DNA of 59,505 nt from a virus (lineage: Duplodnaviria; Caudoviricetes). The number at the start of each line of letters is the position of its first letter. Position 1 is the stretch's first letter. The notes beneath the pieces were generated by a model, which did not search any database, was not told where the DNA came from, and saw nothing but the letters and a program-made list of their open reading frames with translations. The DNA lies in the IMG/VR virus record IMGVR_UViG_3300025141_000095, positions 1 through 59,505 of that record; one strand, 5' to 3'. Below, one piece after another: positions 1-9,548 of the stretch. A program made the position numbers and the translations under genes.

Positions 1-357
1 TCTATTGAGCAGAACGAATCCCTCGTTCATATCGTCATCAAAGCCGGAGATCTCGACCAGAGACCCCGGAGTCGACGTGCCAATCCCTACTCGGCCGGAA
101 CCGGTTACAAAAAGAACCGTTCCGCTCACCGCGCCGTCGACCTGCAGAAGCGCTTCGTCGCCCGAAGAGGAAACGTGCAAGCTTGCGCTTGGGAACTGAG
201 TACCAATGCCGACTCTATTTGTGCCGCCGTTGACAAAAAGCATGTTTGGCTCACCGCTAGATTCAACACGGAAATCGTGATCCTTGCCGCCTTCATTGGA
301 TATAAAGCTGCCATAGCCGGTAAAGCTGTTGGCCGATCCGGTAGCATTAATAGGCAT
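1..357 (-). CDS. Tail fibre-like protein, N-terminal 119 aa (runs off the left edge; missing from the ORF track)
   Basis: Manual translation from ATG at 357, which overlaps the upstream stop as TAATG: MPINATGSANSFTGYGSFISNEGGKDHDFRVESSGEPNMLFVNGGTNRVGIGTQFPSASLHVSSSG... It is open to the window edge and has VGIGT fibre repeats shared with 357..4649. Confidence 0.8.
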   Translation of the reverse strand, partial: MPINATGSANSFTGYGSFISNEGGKDHDFRVESSGEPNMLFVNGGTNRVGIGTQFPSASLHVSSSGDEALLQVDGAVSGTVLFVTGSGRVGIGTSTPGSLVEISGFDDDMNEGFVLLNR

Positions 358-977
358 TAGTCTTCTATCTCCTCCATCAAAAGTTTAAATCGCTTTCCGG
401 TTTTGTTGTTCTTTATAGTTAGATAGTCTTCTTCCTCAACAACAGTCCAATCTCCGCGTTCATTAGCCAAGTGTAAGTCGCCAGTATAAACATTTGCCCA
501 TCGCATTGCGGATGAGCCTAGGTCGTGTGAATTATCTGCTCCGGGCAAAATGCTTCCCGTAACGTGAAGGGCACCATTAACTGCTAATTGAGCCGTGGGC
601 GTTGCCGTACCGATGCCGATTCTATCATCGCCGGGGGTAAGGCTACTAGAAACATAGAGCGCTGTTCTACCCAACGAGTTCTTGAACTCATATCCAACAA
701 AATTGGTCTGATTGCCCCGAAATTCTAAAAAGCCGGCGCTATTGCGACCCATTTTGTAGTAGTTAACTCCACCATGTCCCAATCGTAGCTGATCGCCTAG
801 GGTATCTCCGAGAATGTCTAAGGTGGTGGCCGGCGTTACCGTACCTATACCAACTCGGCCGGATCCGGTTACAAAAAGAACCGTTCCGTTCGTCGCGCCG
901 TCGACCTGCAGAAGCGCTGCGTCGCCCGAAGATGAAACATGCAAGCTTGCGCCTGGCGCCTGAGTACCAATGCCGAC
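101..977. repeat. Dispersed ~113-bp repeat shared by two adjacent fibre genes (101-213 and 865-977)
   Basis: Both copies read ccggttacaaaaagaaccgttccg...gcgccgtcgacctgcagaagcgct...gcaagcttgcgc...tgagtaccaatgccgac and encode VGIGTQxPxASLHVSSSGDxALLQVDGAxxGTVLFVTG. Confidence 0.9.
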
Positions 978-3900
978 ATTGCCCGTGGACTGCTCAAAGT
1001 AATAGCCGACTCCCCCCAAGGCGCCAGAAATCTGGAAATCGAGGCTTGAGACGAGTTGAATTTGGTGTTTGCTCGAGTAGGTCCCATAGATCTGGTGGGA
1101 GTATGTAGTCCCTGGTGTGCCGAACCTGAGCGCCGGGCCGCTGGCGGGATATAACTCTATAGCTGCCGCATCTGATGCTACAAGAATACTGGCGTCGGAC
1201 ACGGACCCCGAAACATGTAACTTCTTCGAAGGCGCGCCGGTACCAATGCCGACAGATCCAGATCGGAAAAGAGCAGCGTAATTCGTATCTGCGCCGGCAA
1301 CACTTACATCCAAACCAATATTTGATACTGTTCCGCCGCTTAGGGCGGAAATAACATCGAGATCCATTCCCGTCATCGTTGATGTACCAACATTGGTGGC
1401 AGCATCATCCATATCAAGGTCTAGGCCAATGAAAGTGGATGTTTGACCAGAGGCAACGATTCCAGTCTTATCAAAATCTACATGCACAATAGGGCCAGCA
1501 GTGGTTGAAGTTGTTGTTGCATTGCCGGCATCAATAAACAACGCTTTTCCAGTAGTTAGCGCTGTTGCTGCTACGTCAATAACATTTGCCGTCGTTTGGG
1601 ATGCATCAATATCAACAGCTATCTGATCAACATCCGCTGCGGTGACCAATAAAGCTGGAAGACCACTGGGGCCATGACCGTTCACATACTGATTTATTTC
1701 AAGTACGCCGCCCGGGGCCCCTGAGCTAGCTCCGATCTGAACCGCTTCGGTACCAGCATCAACAAAAAGCGCATTCGACATATTGGCTGTTTCAACCCTG
1801 AAATCGCAGTCGATTCCGGCATCATTGACAACTACTTCGCATGCGGTGCCGTTTGTTACATCCTCGCCACCGATTGATAAGAGATTTGTAGCTCCCGCCG
1901 TTCCAGCGGTACCACCAGCAAATACATTAAACGTTAGTTTGCCGCCTTCGTCGGTCGCTGTTACGTCGCTAGCAATTGCATCCAGAGATACGTATGAAGT
2001 TGCTTGACCGCCGTCACCAACCCCATCAAATCTAATGGTACCAATAGACATGTCATCTGCTTCGGCAGTCGCGTCCGACCTATTCAATGATAAGATAACG
2101 GGCTTATCAGTTGCAGGGTTGGAATTCTTCAACTCAAGAAGCGGGTTTGTTTCTGCAGCTGTGGTTTCTATTACTGCGGTATTACTTCCCGCTATGGCAT
2201 CGTTTAGAACATGGAGTACGGTAGTTGCGACAGCTGACGCATTATCATTGTGAATGAGTGCCAAAGTGTTTGCATCTGTATTAGATGAGTCAGACACAAG
2301 ATTAAGAATCTTGCCGGTTGTTAATCCATCTGCGGTAACATCAATCACGTTAGCGGTTGTTACAGCATCAGCCACGATATCAATAACATCAGCATCAATA
2401 TTGGCAGCATCAATATGAAGCGCCATTTTGTCCGTATCATTGCTATCGAGAATAAGGAGCGGGACGCCACCATCGCTAGCGTTAGCGATTTCTAGCGTAG
2501 CAGCCGGAGCATCTGTTGAGTCGCCAATGCTTACTCGATTGGAAGAGCCTTCAACAAAAATCATGTGAGTCTCATCTACTGATTCAACACGGAAATCAAC
2601 ATCCAGGCCGCCTTCGTTGAATACTGCTTCGTCGCCCGCTTTTGCTTCTACAACTATCTTTCCATCGGCATCCAATGTAAGATCGGCGTCGTCATTTGAG
2701 TCGTCATCCACAGTAGCAAGCGTGGTGGCGCCATGAGTGGTGGTCGTAATCGAGAAAAAGTCCCCAGTATCAACAGAACTTACAGCCTTAAAGTCCGTAC
2801 CTCCGTCAGCACAGTTGATAATTAAGCCGTTATTGGTGTCTGCGCCGGTGGTCGTGAGTTCCATACCGGTGGCTGTACTAGTGCCGTCTGTGTGGCCAGT
2901 GACGGTGACGTCGTGGCCCACCACAGTGGATGTACCTCGGCTTCGCGAAGTGACATCCAGATGAATGCCGATATCGTTGTGCGCGGCGGAACCAGAAGCC
3001 GCAACGGTTCTGACAAAGTCAATGTATAATCCTGTTGCATCTTGTGCTGCCACGCCGGATGCGTTTTTGTCAAGAAACATACCGGTATTTCCGCCATCAG
3101 ACTGAACTGTCAAAGCAGTAGCGCCAGTGGCAGAAGCGTGAGCTTGTACAATCTCAACACTATTTCTTGTGGTGGCATTGGCTGAATTGTCGCCTATATA
3201 TACCGCTTTGCCGTCGGTGAGGGCGGATGTTGATACATCTAATGCTACGCCAGCTGTGAGCGCATTGCCATCAATTTCTGCAACGATGCCTGTCGTTTGT
3301 TCTGAGTCAATCCGGAGTGCGCGGCCGGCGGTACCATCAGTGCCATCAAAGTCTATATCTAAGCCGACAATTGCGTTTGAGTCAGAGAGGTTGGCTGCAT
3401 CTTTTACAATCTTGGCAACCGAATAAGCATCTGTAGAGGTTCCAGAAGCATTAGCATAAAGTAGATTAGCTCCAATTAAACCATTGCTTGTACTTGTTAC
3501 TCCAATTCCTTTTCCTGACGTAAGCGCATCAGCAGAAAGGTCAACACCTGTTCCTGTAGTAAGAGCATCGCCATTAATCTCGGCAACTACGCCGGTTGTC
3601 TGCTCGGAGTCGATTCTGAATGCGCGGCCGGCGGTACCATCAGTGCCATCAAAGTCTATATCTAAGCCGACAATTGCGTTTGAGTCAGAGAGGTTGGCTG
3701 CATCTTTTACAATCTTGGCAACCGAATAAGCATCTGTAGAGGTTCCAGAAGCATTAGCATAAAGTAGATTAGCTCCAATTAAACCATTGCTTGTACTTGT
3801 TACTCCAATTCCTTTTCCTGACGTAAGCGCATCAGCAGAAAGGTCAACACCTGTTCCTGATGTTAGTATATCTCCATTAATCTCGGCCACAATGCCTGTC

Positions 3901-4649
3901 GTTTGTTCTGAGTCGATTCTGAATGCCCGGGCATTAGCGGCCGCTCCTGTGTCAAAGTCGATGTCTAAGCCAATACTGGCAGCATCACCGGCCCTGTCGC
4001 CTGATTGGGCAATCTTTACTAAGGCACCAGCGGAGTTATTTGTTGCGGTTGTTGAAATGTTTAACGCGGGACCGGTTGTTAAAGCATTTGCGGTTATATC
4101 GAGTACGGCCGCTGTAGTATTGCTAGCATCAATATCAATACCAATTTCCGTCGTGTTTGCAAGATTAATATCAACACCAACGACGTCGTCGTCATCATGA
4201 TCTATAAGCAACGTTGGGACGGAGGTAGCTGAGCCCCCCTGGACTTGAAGTGTAGCTAATGCACCTATCGTTCCGATACCTACATATGGGATTGCTCCGT
4301 TAGCGCTGGCCGTCGCCCAAAAAACCGGTGTTGAAAGAGTGCTTGCGCGGAGAGAGCCGGTTCTTGCATGTACATCGTCATTGGTGTTTCCAAAGAATGT
4401 TGATCCCGTAGCATCAATAACCGAAATATTTTCATATTTGATCACGCTGGCACTAAGCGAGCCAGTTATCACCATGTTGCCTGATAATACTAAAGTGTTC
4501 GCAGCGCCGTGATATACCGAAGCGGTATGAAACATAAAATGTTGGCTACCATTGATCGAAGTACCGTGTGAATGAAACTGTACGGAACCAGTCGGGCCGC
4601 TGCCCGTGGCAAAATCAGCGCAACCTACATATGCCCAGCCGCTAGCCAT
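357..4649 (-). CDS. Long tail fibre / virion fibre protein (1430 aa)
   Basis: Gly/Thr/Ala/Asp-rich beta repeats, multiple VGIGTxxP motifs and NExGxDxDFRVES modules. The C-terminus DLGSSAMRWANVYTGDLHL...WTVVEEEDYLTIKNNKTGKRFKL is typical of fibre C-termini in aquatic phages. Confidence 0.8.
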   Translation of the reverse strand: MASGWAYVGCADFATGSGPTGSVQFHSHGTSINGSQHFMFHTASVYHGAANTLVLSGNMVITGSLSASVIKYENISVIDATGSTFFGNTNDDVHARTGSLRASTLSTPVFWATASANGAIPYVGIGTIGALATLQVQGGSATSVPTLLIDHDDDDVVGVDINLANTTEIGIDIDASNTTAAVLDITANALTTGPALNISTTATNNSAGALVKIAQSGDRAGDAASIGLDIDFDTGAAANARAFRIDSEQTTGIVAEINGDILTSGTGVDLSADALTSGKGIGVTSTSNGLIGANLLYANASGTSTDAYSVAKIVKDAANLSDSNAIVGLDIDFDGTDGTAGRAFRIDSEQTTGVVAEINGDALTTGTGVDLSADALTSGKGIGVTSTSNGLIGANLLYANASGTSTDAYSVAKIVKDAANLSDSNAIVGLDIDFDGTDGTAGRALRIDSEQTTGIVAEIDGNALTAGVALDVSTSALTDGKAVYIGDNSANATTRNSVEIVQAHASATGATALTVQSDGGNTGMFLDKNASGVAAQDATGLYIDFVRTVAASGSAAHNDIGIHLDVTSRSRGTSTVVGHDVTVTGHTDGTSTATGMELTTTGADTNNGLIINCADGGTDFKAVSSVDTGDFFSITTTTHGATTLATVDDDSNDDADLTLDADGKIVVEAKAGDEAVFNEGGLDVDFRVESVDETHMIFVEGSSNRVSIGDSTDAPAATLEIANASDGGVPLLILDSNDTDKMALHIDAANIDADVIDIVADAVTTANVIDVTADGLTTGKILNLVSDSSNTDANTLALIHNDNASAVATTVLHVLNDAIAGSNTAVIETTAAETNPLLELKNSNPATDKPVILSLNRSDATAEADDMSIGTIRFDGVGDGGQATSYVSLDAIASDVTATDEGGKLTFNVFAGGTAGTAGATNLLSIGGEDVTNGTACEVVVNDAGIDCDFRVETANMSNALFVDAGTEAVQIGASSGAPGGVLEINQYVNGHGPSGLPALLVTAADVDQIAVDIDASQTTANVIDVAATALTTGKALFIDAGNATTTSTTAGPIVHVDFDKTGIVASGQTSTFIGLDLDMDDAATNVGTSTMTGMDLDVISALSGGTVSNIGLDVSVAGADTNYAALFRSGSVGIGTGAPSKKLHVSGSVSDASILVASDAAAIELYPASGPALRFGTPGTTYSHQIYGTYSSKHQIQLVSSLDFQISGALGGVGYYFEQSTGNVGIGTQAPGASLHVSSSGDAALLQVDGATNGTVLFVTGSGRVGIGTVTPATTLDILGDTLGDQLRLGHGGVNYYKMGRNSAGFLEFRGNQTNFVGYEFKNSLGRTALYVSSSLTPGDDRIGIGTATPTAQLAVNGALHVTGSILPGADNSHDLGSSAMRWANVYTGDLHLANERGDWTVVEEEDYLTIKNNKTGKRFKLLMEEIED
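3318..3859. repeat. Intragenic tandem duplication: 239-bp copies at 3318-3556 and 3621-3859, 303-bp (101-codon) period
   Basis: The copies look identical by eye. Protein repeat GTGVDLSADALTSGKGIGVTSTSNGLIGANLLYANASG...FDGTDGTAGRA occurs twice and RIDSEQTTG three times. Confidence 0.95.
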
Positions 4650-4655
4650 AGTGGA

Positions 4656-5078
4656 TTAAACTCCTGCGGCGCCGGACCAGTTTGTACCGTTGGGGGAGAT
4701 GCCAGAGTTATTAATAGCATCAGTGCCAATAAATGTCAAGCCCGCCATAACAGAACAATTAGCAGATCCACTGAGCCAAATCTCTGATACTTTTAATTCC
4801 AAACGAGGGGTTGTAACGCCCCCTGAAACCTCTAAAAAGGAATTATTATCGTTACCGGTAACACCATTTTCTGAAAAACCAACGCGGAGGTGGAACTGAG
4901 CGTCGACACTGGTATCGCTATTAGTTACAACAACCCACGACGTTACACTTGGAAATTTTACCTGTACAGGATGACGATCGTCATCGAGACAATCAATACT
5001 TCCCGTTGCAAATGGCTTGCCCGACACCTGGTAGGAGCCTACATTGTGCAATCCTGCTTTATATTGAAAATTGGCCAT
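4656..5078 (-). CDS. Small beta-rich putative virion protein (140 aa)
   Basis: GGAG SD and ACTATTTA motif upstream; Gly/Ser/Val-rich; directly precedes the fibre gene. Confidence 0.6.
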   Translation of the reverse strand: MANFQYKAGLHNVGSYQVSGKPFATGSIDCLDDDRHPVQVKFPSVTSWVVVTNSDTSVDAQFHLRVGFSENGVTGNDNNSFLEVSGGVTTPRLELKVSEIWLSGSANCSVMAGLTFIGTDAINNSGISPNGTNWSGAAGV

Positions 5079-5099
5079 ACTAAATTCTCCGAACTACTT

Positions 5100-5107
5100 T
5101 AAATAGT
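5100..5107 (-). promoter_or_regulatory. Putative late promoter motif ACTATTTA
   Basis: Lies in a short intergenic gap about 20 nt upstream of the 5078 start; the same motif recurs in other gaps. Confidence 0.6.
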
Positions 5108-5119
5108 CTTCTATAATAA

Positions 5120-5335
5120 CTATTTCCTTTTAAAGCGTTTTCTTTCTAAACGTTCTTTTTCTCTCCGTGCTTTTTTTGATTTGATCTTCCTTTTAACAGA
5201 GGGTTTTATGTAATAAGCGGTCTTGCCGCGATATGTTTCTAGAATGCCCTCTTTCTTAACTTTTTTGATAAACCTTCTGATTAATCTTTCTGAGCTTTCA
5301 TTTGGTCTTCTCGTCACTATTACATTGTCTGCCAC
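5120..5335 (-). CDS. rpsU: Phage-encoded 30S ribosomal protein bS21
   Basis: 71 aa, very basic. The pattern VxxRxNESxERLIRRFxKKVKKEGIL...YYIKPSVKRK..KKARR matches the bS21 family. GTG start with GAGGTG SD. Confidence 0.88.
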   Translation of the reverse strand: MADNVIVTRRPNESSERLIRRFIKKVKKEGILETYRGKTAYYIKPSVKRKIKSKKARREKERLERKRFKRK

Positions 5336-5344
5336 AGAGCACCT

Positions 5345-5797
5345 CTATTTTCCTGCATCGATATGAGCTTTCCAGTTCTTACCAACGCTGCCGAGCAATC
5401 CTGATATATCTACTCCGGGATCGCTGGGCGCTACGCCGGACAGGGCGCCTTGCGCTGTCTGAGGTGCGCCAGGAGCAGCACCCGCGGAAGTTATCGGGGT
5501 CGTGCCCTCAAATAGATTTACGCCATTATATGCGTTCTCTCCCATGGCGCCCATAAGCTTCTTTCTATGCTCGTCTATCTTTTGTTTTTGTTCTTGCAAA
5601 GATTGCTGTCGCATCTCAGCAAAGTTGTTTTCTTCTGCTTTTGGCTCGGGCTGTTGAGCTTCAACAATTTGAACTCCACCCATTCCACGAGCGACCTCTG
5701 ATACAACTCCTGATAAAACGCCGTCCTCAAATATCACCTCCTTGATACATTCTTTTATCAGTGGCTTGAGCAGCTTCTTTAGTTCTGCCTTGTTCAT
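5345..5797 (-). CDS. Hypothetical head-region protein (150 aa)
   Basis: ATGA overlap with the upstream gene; N-terminal LIKECIKEVIFE helix, coiled coil and low-complexity C-terminus. Confidence 0.65.
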   Translation of the reverse strand: MNKAELKKLLKPLIKECIKEVIFEDGVLSGVVSEVARGMGGVQIVEAQQPEPKAEENNFAEMRQQSLQEQKQKIDEHRKKLMGAMGENAYNGVNLFEGTTPITSAGAAPGAPQTAQGALSGVAPSDPGVDISGLLGSVGKNWKAHIDAGK

Positions 5798-8700
5798 TTA
5801 ATCCCCGACAACACTTTCCAACGTTCTAGTTCTTTAGCCTCTTGCTGCTGTTGCTGTTGTTGTACCTCGGCGCCTTGCTCTTCAAGCTCACCATAAACAA
5901 AATCAGCGATTGCCTGTGCTAAGGTGGCGTTCCAGTCGCCTGCGGGCCACTCGTTGCCGGCAGAGCCGTAATAAGGATGTAGCGCTTGGTTGCCAGACAG
6001 CTGTCCGCGAAGGAAATTTCTCAAGCTTTTTCTTACGTAGTTGGCACCATTTTTATTAACAAAAAACAGTATCTTGCCATCGCGGACATCCCCTTTGGTT
6101 TGGGGTGTAAGCTTGGCGCCAGAGCGCTTAGCATCGCCCTTGGCGCGAGCCAGCGTTGTTTTTCCGGTTTCCGCTGGCGCTTTCCTTGTTGGATCTGCTG
6201 GATCCGCGAGCCTAAATGCCTTTGAGACACTCTTGGTCCCGACAGCGGGCGCGGTGTCGTGCGCGCTGGCGGCTTCTCTTAGCTCTGCAAGAGCCTCCAA
6301 AACTGCCTCTCTTAGATCTGCATCTCGCGATTGATCATTTCGTAAGGAAACGACCGGTCGGGGGTTGGGGGATGGCCATTTGCTAATGTCAACGTTTCGA
6401 GCCAGTCCGTAAGCGCGTGCATTTGTCCACTCCATCCATTGCTCAACCCTGCCTAAAAGATCTTCTAGGCCCTTCTCATCGACTTTCCAGCCGTTTTCGG
6501 CTGCAAGGTCACGAACTGTTTTTTCTACAGAAGGTATATCGGCGCCGTCCACCGTTATCTCATATTGTTCTGGTTCGACTTCGATGCCGCCGCCAGGTCG
6601 CGACCCTGGTTTTACGCATTTGCCATCATCATCACGAATCATATCCTCCGGACACGGCTCATCGAGAGGGTTCGTAATAGTAATAACCTTCTGATCAATA
6701 AGATATTGTCTTATTTGATTTATTTGAATTTGCGTAAGATCTACATCAGAATCAATGTCAATATTAAGTTCTGTTTTAATGTTCTGGATTTGTTGGTTAA
6801 ACTTACTTTGATCTCTCTGATCAATATTAATATTGTCACCTTGCTTGATAACTTTTGTAAAGTTGTTAGTAACATTGTTAACTACGGTTTTATCACCACT
6901 TAGCTGTTGTATCAGTTTCACCAGCACGTCGATATCAACATTGGTGGGGGTGGTGCCACCCGGTCGCGGCGGATAGACCGTAACACAATCATCGCCCATC
7001 TCAGTCAGGCCTGGAGGACAGACGCACTTCTTTAGCTCCGGATCCCATTCTTTTATGTCCGGGCACTTTCCTTCTTCTTCATCCTTGCACCAGCCTATTT
7101 CCTTCCAGTCATCCCAGTGTTCGTTTGGTACAAACTTCCCGGTATCGGGACATATGCATCCCGGCTTCTCCGGATCCTCGCTGTTACGAAGACCCATATA
7201 GCCGCAATCTTCAGCAATAATCATATCTTTAATACACTTGCCTTGGCCGCCATCATCGCGAGGTGCTATTTCTGAAAATACATAGCCTTCGGGGCAATCG
7301 CATTTCTTTTCCTCTTCATTCCAGTCCGTTTTGCCTTGCAGCTTTTCTTCATCAGTAGAAGGACACTTGCCCGGCGGTGGCGGTGGCGGCGGGGGCTTCT
7401 CTTCGCACGGCGGTTCAGAACCATCAGGGCACTTTTCTGTTTCGTCGCAAGGTACATCTTTCATTGTGTCGACTTTTTTCTTGAGATAGGAGATGCGCGA
7501 GCCCCAGGTAAGCGCTTTGCCTTCCTCGTCTTTAGCACCGCGTCTCCAGAACGCAGCTGTGCCGGCAGCCGCGGCCATAGAGGCTGCTAGGCCCAACAAA
7601 AATGGGGCCCCTACTGCTCCAACGGCTTTTAAGACTTGATTTTTAAGAGTTGCTGCCGGAACTTGCCCGGCAGCTTCGAATCCAGATTTGGCGGACTCCT
7701 GTACGGCTGCTTCGAAATTGCCGGGATTTAGCGCAAATACAGTACCTCCTTGGCCTGACATGGGGCCCTCTATAAATAACTTATGAGGATCTAGATTGTT
7801 GGTTATAGCCTGCCCTAGGGCTGCTGGGCCACCAGGGTCGGCCATGACGCCCTCATGAGCAAACAATTTTCTCATGGCTGGCGTCAATGCCCCCAGGCCT
7901 GGGCCGCCGGCGCGGCCAAAGTTGGCGAAGTCTTCGCCTCCCATCGCGCGAACCGTTTTTATAATGCCATCTCCTTTGGAAACATTACCTATACTCTGTT
8001 TAACCGCTTGCCTAACAGCTGTTCTGGCAGCTGCGGATCCGGGCGCTGCTTCCATATCGGTCATACCTATCAATAGGTTTTGGAAGAAATCTGAATTTAC
8101 AACGAAGCCGGCCACTGCAAAACCCGCGGCCCATTTAAGGAGGCCAAGCGGAAGTTCTTTGCTGTATGCTGCCTCGTAACCCTTTGCGGTTGCTCCCTGC
8201 TTGGCGCCAAGGTCTGTTTGTTCGCTAAAGCCCATCCTATAATAATACTGATCTTTCGTTCTATAGTCTTGAAAGTAAATTACTATATAACGCAGTACTG
8301 CTATACGAATATTGGCCGTTACACAATTGATCTTCTCGGCTTCAAAATCCTTTACAATCGCTTCGTATACCTGACTAAGACGCTCGCTCTCGGACTTAAA
8401 GTCGCTGGCAGTTGGCTCGTTTGGAAAACGTCGTTTATCCAGCTGGGTATAAACATTTTGCATGATTGCGGCGCCTTCGGGATCGATCTCTTTTAATTTC
8501 GTGAGTTGAGCCGCGACTTCTGCCTTTGCGTTGTCTTTCGCTTGCCTTCGCTCCTTAGAATGTAAAACCTCTTCGCCGCCAAGCAAGGTGCCTTCTGCGC
8601 CGCCCCATGCCCATTCCGGGGCAAGGATATCCCACACGCCCGGAAGATTAACATTGATATCAGTCCAGCCTTTCTTATCTGGTTCCCCGCCGAGATCTTT

Positions 8701-8940
8701 AAGTATTTGTTTTAGAGAGGTCTCATCATGATCTTTGAGTGTATCAAAAGAATAGATTTTATACTTATCAACCAGCTTATCACCATTGGGATCTAAGGTT
8801 TTAATTTGCTTAATAAGCTTTCTTTTATAGTTACCAAATAGCTCGTTAATCTCTTCTTCGGTAAGAACTATGCCTTTTACGGCAAACTCTTCTTTTATTA
8901 TTTGTTTAATCTGGCTTTCGGTCAGCGACTTTTTACTCAT
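5794..8940 (-). CDS. Large Cys-repeat, two-hydrophobic-segment protein; candidate internal head/ejection protein (1048 aa)
   Basis: Leader LTESQIKQIIKEE, two hydrophobic stretches, a P8 run, three C...CxCP...C units, an N/Q/I-rich segment, a Q7 run and C-terminal ERWKVLSGIK; lies just downstream of the prohead protease. Confidence 0.6.
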   Translation of the reverse strand: MSKKSLTESQIKQIIKEEFAVKGIVLTEEEINELFGNYKRKLIKQIKTLDPNGDKLVDKYKIYSFDTLKDHDETSLKQILKDLGGEPDKKGWTDINVNLPGVWDILAPEWAWGGAEGTLLGGEEVLHSKERRQAKDNAKAEVAAQLTKLKEIDPEGAAIMQNVYTQLDKRRFPNEPTASDFKSESERLSQVYEAIVKDFEAEKINCVTANIRIAVLRYIVIYFQDYRTKDQYYYRMGFSEQTDLGAKQGATAKGYEAAYSKELPLGLLKWAAGFAVAGFVVNSDFFQNLLIGMTDMEAAPGSAAARTAVRQAVKQSIGNVSKGDGIIKTVRAMGGEDFANFGRAGGPGLGALTPAMRKLFAHEGVMADPGGPAALGQAITNNLDPHKLFIEGPMSGQGGTVFALNPGNFEAAVQESAKSGFEAAGQVPAATLKNQVLKAVGAVGAPFLLGLAASMAAAAGTAAFWRRGAKDEEGKALTWGSRISYLKKKVDTMKDVPCDETEKCPDGSEPPCEEKPPPPPPPPGKCPSTDEEKLQGKTDWNEEEKKCDCPEGYVFSEIAPRDDGGQGKCIKDMIIAEDCGYMGLRNSEDPEKPGCICPDTGKFVPNEHWDDWKEIGWCKDEEEGKCPDIKEWDPELKKCVCPPGLTEMGDDCVTVYPPRPGGTTPTNVDIDVLVKLIQQLSGDKTVVNNVTNNFTKVIKQGDNINIDQRDQSKFNQQIQNIKTELNIDIDSDVDLTQIQINQIRQYLIDQKVITITNPLDEPCPEDMIRDDDGKCVKPGSRPGGGIEVEPEQYEITVDGADIPSVEKTVRDLAAENGWKVDEKGLEDLLGRVEQWMEWTNARAYGLARNVDISKWPSPNPRPVVSLRNDQSRDADLREAVLEALAELREAASAHDTAPAVGTKSVSKAFRLADPADPTRKAPAETGKTTLARAKGDAKRSGAKLTPQTKGDVRDGKILFFVNKNGANYVRKSLRNFLRGQLSGNQALHPYYGSAGNEWPAGDWNATLAQAIADFVYGELEEQGAEVQQQQQQQEAKELERWKVLSGIK

Positions 8941-8942
8941 TT

Positions 8943-9545
8943 TTAATCCCTCAATACTTCATTCAAAGCACGGTTGATACGATCTGCTTTTGTAAATACT
9001 TCATTTATTCTATTCTTATTTTCTCGCATCATAAATGCACCAGGTGTTGAAGGTTCCGATACCATATCAAAACAGATTAGCTGAAAATCATCTTCAACTA
9101 TAGTTTGGCCGGAGCTCTCCGAGACGGATCCCAAGCCACGAGAAGAGATGCCGATAGAAACCCCAGAGTCTACTAAAGATCGGAGGATGCCTCCCGAAGG
9201 AGTATCAAGTACTTTCATCTTTCCCATCACCCTGTTATCGTCCATCCAAATATCAGTTATCTGATGAGAAACGTTTCGAAGATTAATGACTGACTCTTCG
9301 GGATGGTCTAGTTCTCCTAGTGCGCGGTTATCATCAACAAGCTTCTTGTAGTTTTTCACTTCTCGTTCTAAAATCTTTTGAGGATAGATGCGTCCATTGC
9401 CGTTTTGGGTTTCTGCCATCTGCATCATACCAGATAGCATCATACCGCCAGCAGTAACAAACTTCTTTTCAGCTTCTGTAAGGAGATCCTGACAGGCACC
9501 TCCATCACAAAGCTCATAATATTCTCGGAGAAGTACCTTAGTCAT
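8943..9545 (-). CDS. gp21: Prohead core protease, T4 gp21-like
   Basis: NGNGRIYP, ALGELDHP, GISSRGLGS and FDMVSEPSTPGA motifs of T4-like prohead proteases. Confidence 0.95.
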   Translation of the reverse strand: MTKVLLREYYELCDGGACQDLLTEAEKKFVTAGGMMLSGMMQMAETQNGNGRIYPQKILEREVKNYKKLVDDNRALGELDHPEESVINLRNVSHQITDIWMDDNRVMGKMKVLDTPSGGILRSLVDSGVSIGISSRGLGSVSESSGQTIVEDDFQLICFDMVSEPSTPGAFMMRENKNRINEVFTKADRINRALNEVLRD

Positions 9546-9548
9546 AGT

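Noticed and set aside
126-347. 73-aa minus-strand ORF (and the similar 869..1087)
   Set aside because: These are alternative frames of the fibre genes; their mutual similarity just reflects the shared DNA repeat.
101-977. Possible diversity-generating retroelement TR/VR pair
   Set aside because: Both copies are inside coding regions, the differences are not confined to adenines and no reverse transcriptase is visible in the window.
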